Counted from the first letter of the stretch, positions 13,365-24,835 are shown. The stretch: DNA of 64,000 nucleotides from Octopus sinensis (GCF_006345805.1 NC_043006.1:40238001-40302000), one strand, 5' to 3'. Notes: generated by a model from the letters alone, not told the origin. A program made the numbers and translations.

Positions 13365-13516
13365 TTACACAGTTCATTATTTACATTTGATGGATATTTG
13401 TCCTTATCTTGTTTGTTGTTATCACAACGTTTCGGCTGATATACCCTCCAGCCTTCATCAGGTGCCTTGGGGAAATTTCGAACCTGGGTTCTCATTCCTA
13501 AGGTATTTTTCGATGA

Positions 13517-13581
<65 letters not shown>

Positions 13582-13652
13582 TCACTGCCTGGAATCGAAA
13601 TCGGAATCTTGGGGTTAGTAGCCCGTGCTCTTAACCTCTACGCCATATGCCC
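13365..13652 (-). mobile_element. SINE family G: tRNA head + (AAT)n + hammerhead-bearing tail
   Basis: Head GGGCATATGGCGTAG..TTAAGAGC..TTCGATTCCAGGCAGTGACC, then (AAT)n, then a tail homologous to 14116-14297. Confidence 0.75.
13423..13464 (-). ncRNA. Minimal type-I hammerhead ribozyme motif, intact core
   Basis: cac-CUGAUGA-A-ggcug(10 nt)cagcc-GAAA-CG-UU-gug; palindromic ACGU stem III. Confidence 0.7.
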
Positions 13653-14081
13653 GTGGAAGTAGTGGTTAAGAGCGCGGGCTACTAACCCCAAGATTCCGAT
13701 TTCGATTCCAGACAGTGACCTGAATAATAATAATAATAATAATAATAACGTTATCTAAAAGAAATGGAGAAACTTTCAAAATACAAAGACTTGGAAATAG
13801 AGGTAACTCGAATGTGGAATCTAAAAACAGAAACAATTCCTATCATAGAAGGTGCATTAGGCATAATAAAAAAAATATCCAGACAAATACATAACAAAAA
13901 CACCAGGACCTACAAACACATATAAAACACAGAAAATTGCACTACTGGGCACTGCCCACATCCTACGCAAAACACTTTCAATACAGTAACCATCAGGGCA
14001 TCACAACAAAACACAGCACATACCTAAGGCACACAGAGCTGCGCTTGGTAGTGAAGTGAAAGCACGATATAAAAAAAACTA

Positions 14082-14118
<37 letters not shown>

Positions 14119-14297
14119 TCGAAAAATACCTTAAGAATGAGAACCCAGGTTCGAAATTTCCCCAAGACACCTGGTGAAGGCTGGAGAGCATAGCCAAAAC
14201 GTTGTGTTAACAACAAAGAAGATGAGGACAAATATCCGTCAAATGTAAATAATGTAAATAATGTGCACAATTCCTGATTTCTTAAATATAGAACTGT
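13653..14297 (+). mobile_element. SINE family G, head-to-head copy interrupted by an R4-type insertion; degenerate hammerhead at 14166-14208
   Basis: Head 13653-13724, (AAT)n, insert, (AAT)n, tail with gacac-CTGGTGA..AAAAC-GTT-gtgtt. Confidence 0.75.
13749..14084 (+). mobile_element. R4/Dong-clade LINE 3' fragment (REL endonuclease C-terminus + 3'UTR)
   Basis: LKEMEKLSKYKDLEIEVTRMWNLKTETIPIIEGALG; flanked on both sides by (AAT)n. Confidence 0.8.
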
Positions 14298-14709
14298 ATT
14301 AACTACATAGTTGATCTAAAAGAAGATTAAATTATGGTACTCTTATAACAATGTGAGATGAAGTGTTATACTCATGATCACCTCTTGGTCTGGAGATCGA
14401 AACTATGACCTTGTGATCGTGAATGCAACACCCTAACCACCTTCAACCGCATCTTCACATATTTATGACAAGTCCGTAGGGATATAGCGATCATTCTTAC
14501 AATACTTATATGGCTACGTAGGAATATATTCATATTTATTTGAAACTATTGATATGGATCTCCAGAACAATATCTGCATGCTGTGTATCAATAAAGAAAA
14601 TTAAGTGAGTTACTATGGTGAACCAATGCAAAAATATGGGTTTAGGTTTATATATTTATCAGATGATGGCATAACTCCAGAACCACGTTGAAACGGAGCA
14701 TGTTACTTA

Positions 14710-14772
14710 CCGTATTTACCGGCGTGTTAGATGATAAAAAAATACCGGGACTGGAGCTATATGTGTGTGTGT

Positions 14773-14818
<46 letters not shown>

Positions 14819-15020
14819 ATATATGTCCGGCATTCGGCATGATAGACCGCTAGCCACTAAACCATTTTCTATTTTCTCTCCTTATTTATTTCTGTTCCTG
14901 TCTGTTGAAGAGCGTAGGCTCGAAACGTAAAAGACTTTCTCACTTCCCGAGCGTTGAACTAATACATCTGTTTGTTGTTTACACACCCGTCTTCGTTTTT
15001 TTTTTTTTGTAAATTCTCAC

Positions 15021-15052
<32 letters not shown>

Positions 15053-15709
15053 TACACACATACATATAAAGAAAAACGAAACTACTACGCGTATAAATTT
15101 GATGTTTCCTTCTGAAACCACACGCTTTACCCAGAGTAGTTTCCATTGATAGAAGCATTCTTGGAATTCCTCTTGGGAGGATAACGAGCTGCTCCCCTCG
15201 TCGCATTCTTTTGGATTTCTTCGACGTCTTGTAATCTTGTTCCTTTCAAGCTGGATTTGATTTTTGGGAAAGAATTCTTAGCCGAAATAACCTTCAAGCT
15301 GTGTCTCTTTCCACGAGCGCATACACACACACACACACACACACATTTTCTCTTCTGTGGTCACTGATGGAACCCCTGTGGTGTGATGAAACGACCACAC
15401 TCTACACACTTTACTTTCAAGCACTGTTAATAAACAACGGAAGTAAACGAGAAGCTTATAACTTAGTGTGCATGTGCAAAAGGATTGAAGGTCAATCTGT
15501 ACCAAGCGGCTTCACTCTACGTACATTAGCTCCGTTACTATAGCAACAGTCCCGATCAGGCTTCGTATTCCCTTGCAAAACTACTTTAGAATATCTCTCA
15601 ATAAGCGTATGACGAAACATAACAAACTTGTTTTTTTGTCCATAAAGTATACTTGTAAAATAGGAGAAAATCTTACGTGAGACTGCATCTTACACGCCGG
15701 TAAATACGG
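14710..15709. mobile_element. TcMar-Tc2-like non-autonomous element with nested repeats
   Basis: TA|CCGTATTTACCGGCGTGTTAGATG ... CATCTTACACGCCGGTAAATACGG|TA. Confidence 0.65.
15085..15300 (-). mobile_element. Mariner transposase C-terminal fragment
   Basis: FPKIKSSLKGTRLQDVEEIQKNAT, then frameshifted. Confidence 0.6.
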
Positions 15710-15815
15710 TAAATAACATGCAATGTTTCAGCGAGGTTCTGGAGTTATGCCAACATACGATAAATATGTAAAGCTAAACCCATATTTTTGCATCGGTTCA
15801 CCATAGTAACTCATT

Positions 15816-16389
15816 TAATTTTCTTTACTGATACACAGAATGCAGATATTGTTCAGGAGATCCATATCAATGGTTTCAAATAAATATGAATATTCCTATG
15901 TAGCCATACAAGTATTGTAAGAATGATCGCTATATTCTTTTATTCTTTTATTTGTTTCAGTCATCTGACTGCGGCCATGCTAGAGCACCGCATTTAGTCG
16001 AGTAAATTAATCACAAGATTTATTCTTTGTAAGCCTAGTGCTTATTCTATCGGTCTCTCTTGCCGAACTGCTAAGTGACGAGGACTTAAACATCCCAGTA
16101 GCAGTTATCAAGCATTATTGGGAGGGACAAACACAGACACACAAACATATAGATACATACATATATATATATATATAACGGGAAGCTTTATGAAAATAAA
16201 CAAAAGACGAAGGTAGGTGGAAAACAAACGAACAATTGTATTAGTATGGCGCTCAGGAAATATAAATAAAACAAGTCTTTAACGTTTCGAGCCTACGCTC
16301 TTCAACAGAAAGATACACAGAGAGAGAAAAACACAGAAAGAAGGAGAGAAAAAAAAGGAGAGAAAAAAAGGAGAGAAAAAAAAAAAAAA

Positions 16390-16421
<32 letters not shown>

Positions 16422-16979
16422 CTCTCCTTTTTTTCTCTCCTTTTTTTCTCTCCTTCTTTCTGTGTTTTTCTCTCTCTGTGTATCTTTCTGTTGAAGAGCG
16501 TAGGCTCGAAACGTTAAAGACTTGTTTTATTTATATTTCCTGAGCGCCATACTAATACAATTGTTCGTTTGTTTTCCACCTGCCTTCGTCTTTTGTTTAT
16601 TTTCATAAAGCTTCCGTTATATATATATATATATGTATGTATCTATATGTTTTGTGTGTCTGTGTTTGTCCCTCCCAATAATGCTTGATAACTGCTACTG
16701 GGATGTTTAAGTCCTCGTCACTTAGCAGTTCGGCAGAGAGACCGATAGAATAAGCACTAGGCTTACAAAGAATAAATCTTGTGATTAATTTACTCGACTA
16801 AATGCGGTGCTCTAGCATGGCCGCAGTCAGATGACTGAAACAAATAAAAGAATAAAAGAATATAGCGATCATTCTTACAATACTTGTATGGCTACATAGG
16901 AATATTCATATTTATTTGAAACCATTGATATGGATCTCCTGAACAATATCTGCATTCTGTGTATCAGTAAAGAAAATTA
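15816..16979. repeat. Near-perfect 1.16-kb palindrome centred on A-run/(TA)n/T-run at about 16397
   Basis: Arms are reverse complements with few differences. Confidence 0.95.
16276..16313 (-). ncRNA. Hammerhead-like motif with A6U core (mirror copy at 16483-16520; degenerate copy at about 14897-14935)
   Basis: ucuuu-CUGUUGA-A-gagc(guag)gcuc-GAAA-CG-UU-aaaga. Confidence 0.5.
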
Positions 16980-16994
16980 TATATAGAGAGAAAA

Positions 16995-17573
16995 TTATAT
17001 ATAGAGAGATTTATCACCATAAATTTTGAAACGTTATAGCCGCTACTACACCCTTTTATGTTTGTCTGTCCTTGTCGTCCCCTCTTTGTAATGCCTTCAT
17101 GGCAAATTTTATGAAATAAAGTAGCTTGCTTACCAACCACATTGTTCCGGGTTCAGTCCCACTGCATGGCACCTCGGGCAAGTGTCTTCTATTATAGCCT
17201 CGGGTCAACCAAAGCCTTGTGAGTGGATTTGGTGGACGGAAGCTGAAAGAAGCCCGTCGTATATATATATATGTGTGTGTGTGTGGAGGCGCAATGGCCC
17301 AGTGGTTATGGCAGCGGATTCGCGGTCGTAGGATCGCGGTTTCGATTCCCAGACCGGGCGTTGTGAGTGTTTATTGAGCGAAAATACCTAAAAGGTCCAG
17401 GAAGATCCGGCAGGGGATGGTGGCGATCTCTGCTGAACTCTTTCGCCACAACTTTCTCTCACTCTTTCTTCTGTTGGCCTGCTCGCTTAGCCAGCGGGGT
17501 GGAGTCATTTGAAGGCTAAAAAACAATGCGAAGTGCATTGTGACCAGCGACATCTGATAGCCTGGTGATCACG

Positions 17574-17618
<45 letters not shown>

Positions 17619-18194
17619 CGTGATCACCAGGCTATCAGATGTCGCTGGTCACAATGCACTTCGCATTGTTTTTTAGCCTTCAAATGACTCCACCCCGCTG
17701 GCTAAGCGAGCAGGCCAACAGAAGAAAGAGTGAGAGAAAGTTGTGGCGAAAGAGTTCAGCAGAGATCGCCACCATCCCCTGCCGGATTCCTGGACCTTTT
17801 AGGTATTTTCGCTCAATAACACTCACAACGCCCGGTCTGGGATCGAAACCGCGATCCTACGACCGCGAATCCGCTGCCATAACCACTGGGCCATTGCGCC
17901 TCCACACACACACACATATATATATATACGACGGGCTTCTTTCAGCTTCCGTCCACCAAATCCACTCACAAGGCTTTGGTTGACCCGAGGCTATAATAGA
18001 AGACACTTGCCCGAGGTGCCATGCAGTGGGACTGAACCCGGAACAATGTGGTTGGTAAGCAAGCTACTTTATTTCATAAAATTTGCCATGAAGGCATTAC
18101 AAAGAGGGGACGAACAAGGACAGACAAACATAAAAAGGTGTAGTAGCTGCTATAACGTTTCAAAATTTATGGTGATAAATCTCTCTATATATAA
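16995..18194. repeat. Near-perfect 1.2-kb palindrome centred on (TA)n at about 17595
   Basis: Arms are reverse complements with a few indels and substitutions. Confidence 0.95.
17615..17903 (-). mobile_element. tRNA-derived SINE family C (mirror copy at about 17284-17577)
   Basis: Head GGAGGCGCAATGGCCCAGTGGTTA..TTCGATCCCAGACC; variant at 21717-22012, fragments at 55250-55800. Confidence 0.8.
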
Positions 18195-18552
18195 ACGGCA
18201 GTTTGTCTGTGTGTGTTTCTGTGTGTCTGTTTTCTCGTACCCTCACCCTGACCACGGCTTTCAACCGATTCTGATGAAACTTGACACACACATAGCCCAA
18301 TGTCATAATTCAAAACTAACGCAGCGAAAATTTTGAAAAGTTCCCCCAGTTCTGAAAAAAACCGATAAATTTGACATGGGGTCGAGAATCAGAAACACAA
18401 ACCACAGACTGTCTAGGGGACGCAAGTCGACCTTTTTAACTAAAAAAAAAAATTTACCATTATTTTTTTCCCATTTTTTGGCTATAACTCTCTAAAAATG
18501 CTTTATAGTTGTTTCCCTTACAAACCCGAGCAACACCGGGCGATACTGCTAG
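18180..18552 (+). mobile_element. Non-autonomous Helitron nested in the Tx1 3'UTR
   Basis: A|TCTCTCTATATATAAA 5' end; AAACCCGAGCAAC..GGGCGATACTGCTAG|T 3' end shared with 11077-11461. Confidence 0.8.
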
Positions 18553-20450
18553 TTTATGATACAATTTAGAAATTACAAATGACTATTTACAAATTGCAAT
18601 TTACAAATTGCTAATTACCAATTACATGATAACATGTTACTCATTGCGATTTGCAATGACTTCCCTGTAGGAAAGGCATCCGACCACCAGGGTAGAACCT
18701 TTGCTTTCTCTTTCCATTTCTTTTATTTGGACTCCACTGACCTGGTGCTAATCGCTCCCAACTTTCTTGCCACAGGTTTCCATCTTTTCATGAATCTATC
18801 TCGTGACAGGTACCTCTTCTCCAGCCTGATCTTACTACTGAGGCGGTAACTAAAATAGTTAACCAGCCCCTGGCCGTATACAAAGGTACCCGTCACTATG
18901 CCTCTCACATGCGTCTTCCATACTGTTTCTTTCAGTATGGCTACTACGCAGAAAAAGCAAGCCTTCCTTTCCCTGTTAAGGGAAGGAGGCGGCACAATCT
19001 CGATGATAGACTCAGCTGATAGCTGCACTCTTCCCATCGATGACAACAGCTGTTCTGTGAAAGCTATCAGCTCCTTTAAGTCCGGACATTCCACAAATGC
19101 GTGCAAAGACGGTTTCACTGTCCCACCCGCTCCTCGGACATGTCGGCGAGACAGCACTTCCGTACCATGACAGTTTATCACGAACAGGTAATGCCGCACG
19201 GAAACACTGCCAAGCCAGGGATTTCTGGTAATTATCCAGGTACCCCGGCCCGAAAGTTCTCCTGAGCAGGTCGATCAACTAATTTTCATTTTAGCCCAGG
19301 TTCTCCCCCAAGGCGTCTTCGGACATAATTTCCACTAACCCGCTATAAAAATCCGCGGTTGAGCTCCTATTGCCGGCATTGCCCGCCCGAGAGAGTAGCT
19401 GAAGTGCCTGACGACACTCCAATTGCCAGTCCCTCACCCTAGGTCCCTGCTTGATCCAGTTACCAATGTCCGTTAAGGACGTTAACTGTAGAAGGTAGAA
19501 CCGGACGTGCGGTGACCACACCTGCTCTCCATCCAGGTAAAGCCAGAGGTGCCTCAACCTTAACGCAAGTTTACGCATTCTCAACCAAGGCATCGGTAGC
19601 CCACCCTTTAGCGGTTTCTGGTAGCAGACAGAGCGCTTCACAAGTGGCTTTCCTCCTTTCCACAAAAAGCGGAAAAGGATTCTCTCCAACTTGTTCAGCC
19701 ACAAATTGGCGTAAGGAACCACAGTCAGGCGGTAGGTGATAACCAACACTATAAACATCTGCACCACCTCCGCTGTTCCTAGCAAGGACAAGGCCACCCA
19801 GACCAGGTCTGGGTTAGAGCAGTCTCCTTGCTGACTACCTCACACCAATTTTTCTCTATCTGGAGGCCTGGCCCAAACTAGACTCCAAGCAGCTTAACAG
19901 GATCTTCCGTCCAACGCCCCACGACGTTATTAGACGGCATCGGCTTGCCCCTCCAGGTGCAAACCAACCGACTTGTCCTTGTTAACCTTTGCTCCTGCCC
20001 GGGATAGCGCACGTTTGCGCTCTCCCTACAAGTCTGTCCACGACCTGCGCCAACCTTTTCGCTAGCACCTTGGCCATAATCTATAACTCTGTGTTCAGCA
20101 GAGTTATGAGCCCGAAATTCCCTATTTCATCCCCCTTGCTCGGGTCCTTCCTGATCAACATCACCACCCCACGGCTCGCAGATTTGGGAATTCTCCCATT
20201 CTGCTGCCAATTGGCGTAGACGCTGGCCAGCAGGTGCCTGAGCAAGTCTGGCATACCTTTGTAAAATTCATAAGGCAGACCATCGAGACTCGGTGACTTC
20301 TCCTCGGGGCTTTCTCCCAGTACCTCGGTCACCTCTTCGGTGTGTGATTGGTCTGAAGCTTCAGGCCAACTGCCCAGTGCATCCATGCCTTAAAAGGGCA
20401 GTTCTCCTTCGAGTATTCTTAGCAGCATTCCGCTCATGTCTAGTGAACGA

Positions 20451-20828
20451 CTAAAGAATGGCTCCTCTTGGGATTTTACTTGTTTCAAATCTGGAATCTA
20501 CTGTGTCATAAGTACGGCCCCTCGCTATATACTTTATGTCTTCCCATACAAAAGCTAGACATTTTTCAATTTTGCACTGCTCAAAGTGCTTAAATTTCTT
20601 TGTTGAAGGACAGTATGTTTTGAAAACAACTGTTCTTCTTTTCAATTTTTCAACACTAGGTGAGGGTGATATTTTTATATCACCCCACTCTTCTTTCATT
20701 TTTTCAAAAAGCTCGGAGAGCTTTTCCTTTGATAGTTCGACGTTTTCAGTAGCCACCGCGGTAACTGCTGAAGATGTCTTAACTGGCTCTTCCAGTGAAT
20801 TTTTCTCTGAAATTATTTCGACCGACAT
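20451..20828 (-). pseudogene. Tx1 ORF1 N-terminal part
   Basis: MSVEIISEK..RRTVVFKTY..KCLAFVWEDIKYIARG; homologous to 48401-48900. Confidence 0.7.
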
Positions 20829-21716
20829 ATTCGGTCGAATTAAATTTATACACAATTTAATCCCAGAAAACGGGAAACCTATAATTTCACCCCACCCCCC
20901 TCTCAACGAGGACAACAGTTCAAATCCCATCCTCGCTTGGCGAGACGTAACAACAAAGCTTACAACGGGGAAATTAAATTTTTCACACAATAATAGAAAT
21001 TCGGTATCCGAAAAAACGGGAAACCTATATGTTTTTCTTCTTTTCCTTACAACGAGGACAACGGTTCAAATCTCACTCCCGCTGGGGGTTTGGTGCCACA
21101 ATAAAGCCTACAACGGCTAAATTTTTCACACAGTAATAAATTGATTATCACTAAACACGGGAAACCTATATTTTTTCCCCTCTTAATGAGGATAACAGTT
21201 CAAATCCCACCCCCGCTGGGGGAAGGGGGCACGACAATAAAGCCTACAACGGCTTTAACAAGTTCAATATTTCAACAATTCAACTGTAAAAATGGCTTTA
21301 CACAAACAATTACTTTCTCACGTCACCGGGAAAAATCACAAAAATTTTCAAAGTTTAACAGTTCAACAATGTTCAACAGTTCGAAAATGTTCAACAATAA
21401 ACAGTCAAGAATTCCAACAGAAAAAATAATCCAAGGTTCAACAAAACGTTTGATTCACCGCAAAAAAACACGTCTAAACACAAGACAGCTAAGCAAGCTA
21501 ATTACCACACAGCTATCCCTACAGACTTGTCATGAACATGTTAAGATGCGTTGAGTGTGGTTAGGGTGTTGCATTCACGATCTCAAGGCCGTGGTTTCGA
21601 TTCCCAAACTAAGAGGTGCTCATGAGTATAACGCTTCACCTCGCATTGCTCCAGTCCACTCTGCCGTAAACGAGGAACTTTGTGATGGACTGGCGTCCCT
21701 TTCAGTTATACGCATC

Positions 21717-22012
21717 TCCAAGTGGTTAGAGCAGCGGACTCGCGGTCGAGGGATCGTGGGTTCGAATCTCAGACCGGGCGATGTGTGTGTTTATGAGCGA
21801 AACACCTAAGCTCCACGCGGCTCCGGCATAAGGTAATGGTGAACTTCTGCTGACTCTTTCGCCATAACTTTCTCTCACTCTTTCCTCCTGCATCTTGCAG
21901 CTCACCTGCGACGGACCGGCGTCCCGTCCAGGTGGGGAACCTATACGCCAAGGAAACCGGGAAACCGGCACTAATGAGCCAGGCAGGGCTCAAGAAGGAA
22001 CAAACAAGATAA
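21717..22012 (+). mobile_element. SINE family C variant, preceded by a family F SINE piece (about 21553-21700)
   Basis: AGTGGTTAGAGCAGCGGACTCGCGGTCGAGGGATCGTGGGTTCGAATCTC head. Confidence 0.75.
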
Positions 22013-22660
22013 TCAAACTAAACTTTCATAATTTCGAGCCATTCACCAAATGAATATTTCTGGCAAATGTGCAGAAAATCCGTTCAGTCGTTTTCCCGTC
22101 ATTTTGCAAACACACAGACAAAAACGAATGATTACAATAACCTGCTTTCGCTTACGCGAGCAGGGTAATAAGAATTTCTTGACGTGACAGCACATTCATT
22201 CGATGAAAATCGCGTGTGTCTACAGTCATTATCACTTATAGAGTCACTATCTTTTTTTGTATTTCATTCCGTCAATAGTTTACTCTCGCTTGTGTCTCGT
22301 AACAAAAAAAAACAAAAACAAAAAAAACCCAGTTTTTTCATTTATTTTGTCGCAAATGTTTCATTTAGTCGTATTTTTCGTTTTCTGTATTTTGGGAAAG
22401 TATTATTATTTTGTTGTTGTAAGATGCCATTATATCCGAGGTAAAAGCTAAAATATTAAAAGACCCACTTTCTTTGCTTATATTAGTGAAAATAAACTTC
22501 GAACCTGCTCAGGATGTCCTATTTTACATTATTTACATGAATGAAAAGAGTATTTTCATCCACGTTCGTGAACGATAAAATATCCAAGCTGTCTAATTCA
22601 AGAAAGGCATCTTGACAAGTCGGTAAGGGGTAATAATAATAATAATAATAATAATAACAA

Positions 22661-22702
<42 letters not shown>

Positions 22703-22703
22703 A

Positions 22704-22935
22704 GGCGGTGAGCTGGCAGAAACGTTAGCACGCCGAGCGAAATGCGTAGCCGTATTTCGTCTGCCGTTACGTTCTGAGTTCAAATTCCGCCGATGTCGAC
22801 TTTGACTTTCATCCTTTCGGGGTCGATTAAATAAGTACCAGTTACGCACTGGAGTCGATATAATCGACTTAATCCGTTTGTCTGTCCTTGTTTGTCCTCT
22901 CTGTATTTAGCCCCCTGTGGCCAATAAAGAAATAT
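22704..22935 (+). mobile_element. SINE family B, full length, directly after (AAT)n
   Basis: Head GGCGGTGAGCTGGCAGAA, core, GT-rich tail. Confidence 0.9.
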
Positions 22936-22954
22936 ATAAATAATAATACGTAGG

Positions 22955-23127
22955 CGATAGCATCACTTCAGTATGGAGCGGGAATTATAAAATGGCAAAA
23001 GAGAGAAATGAAGAAAATGGATAGCAAGACCAGAAAAATGTTGACAGTACACGGAGCCTTCCACCCTCAGATTGACACTGATAGGCTGTACTTGTCCAGA
23101 AGAAAGGGTGGGAGAGGTTTGATCAGG
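22955..23127 (+). mobile_element. R4/Dong-clade RT C-terminal fragment
   Basis: AIASLQYGAGIIKW..KTRKMLTVHGAFHPQIDTDRLYLSRRKGGRGLI. Confidence 0.8.
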
Positions 23128-24006
23128 TTGGATACGTGAACTGAAACAAGTTTTCTATCTTTTCAACAACAAATATAAAAGCTTACTGGAATCAACAATC
23201 ATCGGTTGATGTTGCATTAAAATTGTTATTTGGAGAAATGTTTTAATTGATATGTTTCTGGAAGTAGTTCGTGAAGTATCTGAAAGAGGGAGGGGGTGAA
23301 AGAGAGGGATAGAGAGAGATGGGTAGATACAGATAGATAGTTAGAAAGAAAGCGAGAAAGAGAGAGAAAGAAAGAAAGGAAGAGAGAGAAATAGGGAACG
23401 TTATACTGTCGTGTTTAAAAACACTATCGCGCAATGAATCAACAATTGTTATCTATAATTGAAATCAGCCATAATAAAAGAATGTTGAAAATCACATTTC
23501 GATGAAAATATAAAATTAGAATCGTTAAGAATTTTCTAGACGGAGCAAACTTTAATAATTGTTTGTATTATAGTACATTGTTGTGTCATTCAAAACATTT
23601 TATTCTTTACACTTTAATAATTTTATTTTTGTAACTTACATAGCGATAGCTAATTTATACGCAGCTTTCTTTAATATCCTGTAGATCTCTGAAACTGGTG
23701 AGGATGGTCCTGGTTGGAACACTTTAATAATAGGCCTGCTCGGTAGCGGTTAACTCGAGGCTAAACTGCCACACGTGTTTCTCTTCCAATGTGTTTTCTT
23801 TCTTTTGTTTCACTTTTCCGTTTCCTTCCTTCCTTCCTTCCTTCTTTCCCCCTCTCTCTCCATCCTCCCTCTCTCATCCTCTCATCTCTTTCTTTCCTTT
23901 CTTTCCCCTTCTTTTTCTCTTTCTTTTCCTATCTTTTGCCATTTCTTCTCAAGACACCTTTCTGTCTCCTCTTGCCCTTGTATACATACATACATACGTA
24001 CATACA

Positions 24007-24083
<77 letters not shown>

Positions 24084-24274
24084 TGCTTGCTTGTTGCTAT
24101 TTTTGCTGCTATCGTTTTCCGCCTTCTCCTTCTCCCCTTCTCTTTGAATGCCTTCTAAACCCATTGTCCCTGGTGGTGCCTTAACCAAATTTCACATTCT
24201 CTAGATGGACAGGCTGATACACAACGGATACATAATGTATCGTTGATTCGATCCGTGCACTTAATTAAAATATA

Positions 24275-24632
24275 GTAGTAGTAGTAGTAGTGGTAGTAGT
24301 AGTGGTGGTAGTAGTAGTGGTGGTAGTAGTAGTGATGATATGGAGGTGATCGTAGTTGTAGTGGTGGTGTTGTTACTATGGTGGTGGTGGTGGTCATGGT
24401 GGTGGTAGTTGTTACAGAAGTAGTAGTAGTGGTGGCGCTGGTGATGGTAGTGGTGGTGGTGGTAGTAGTGATATGGTGGTGCTGGTGATAATGGTGGTGG
24501 TAGTAGAGGTGGTGGTGGTGGTATTGGTGGTGGTATTAGTGGTAGTGGTGGTCTGGTGATGGTGGTGGTAGTAATATTCTAAAGTGCTGGAGCAATGGTT
24601 GCGTTGGTTGTAATGTTGATGATGATGATGGT
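24275..24632. repeat. (TAG)n/(TGG)n/(TGA)n compound microsatellite
   Basis: Direct reading. Confidence 0.9.
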
Positions 24633-24835
24633 GTTGTATGTATAACGTTAAAGATAATGGCGATGTTATGGTGTGGTGGGGTGATATAATGCTAAAACGC
24701 AAGCATATATGTAACACACACATATACATATGTATGTATGCATAAAGATCGTGGGTAAGGCCAAAGCAATGCGAAGTAAATGCAAGGTAAATCACATGAA
24801 AACAAATATGTGAATTAATGTAGACTTACCTTGTA

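Larger units (their letters stand above)
14482..15935. mobile_element. Fold-back MITE arms (14482-14709 and 15710-15935) around a Tc2-like element
   Basis: About 228-bp diverged inverted repeats read directly from the sequence. Confidence 0.65.
18070..21489 (-). mobile_element. L1/Tx1-clade LINE with both ends, internally deleted and frameshifted
   Basis: ORF1 (20828 to 20451); ORF2 pieces KSPSLDGLPYEFY..ITLLNTEL, FLWKGGKPLV..GGL, CPR..HAFVECP; 3' AATAAA end; 14-bp TSD at 18056-18069 and 21490-21503. Confidence 0.9.

Noticed and set aside
17284-17360. tRNA-like heads of SINE C, G and A as tRNA genes
   Set aside because: No closing acceptor stem; they continue into SINE bodies present in many copies
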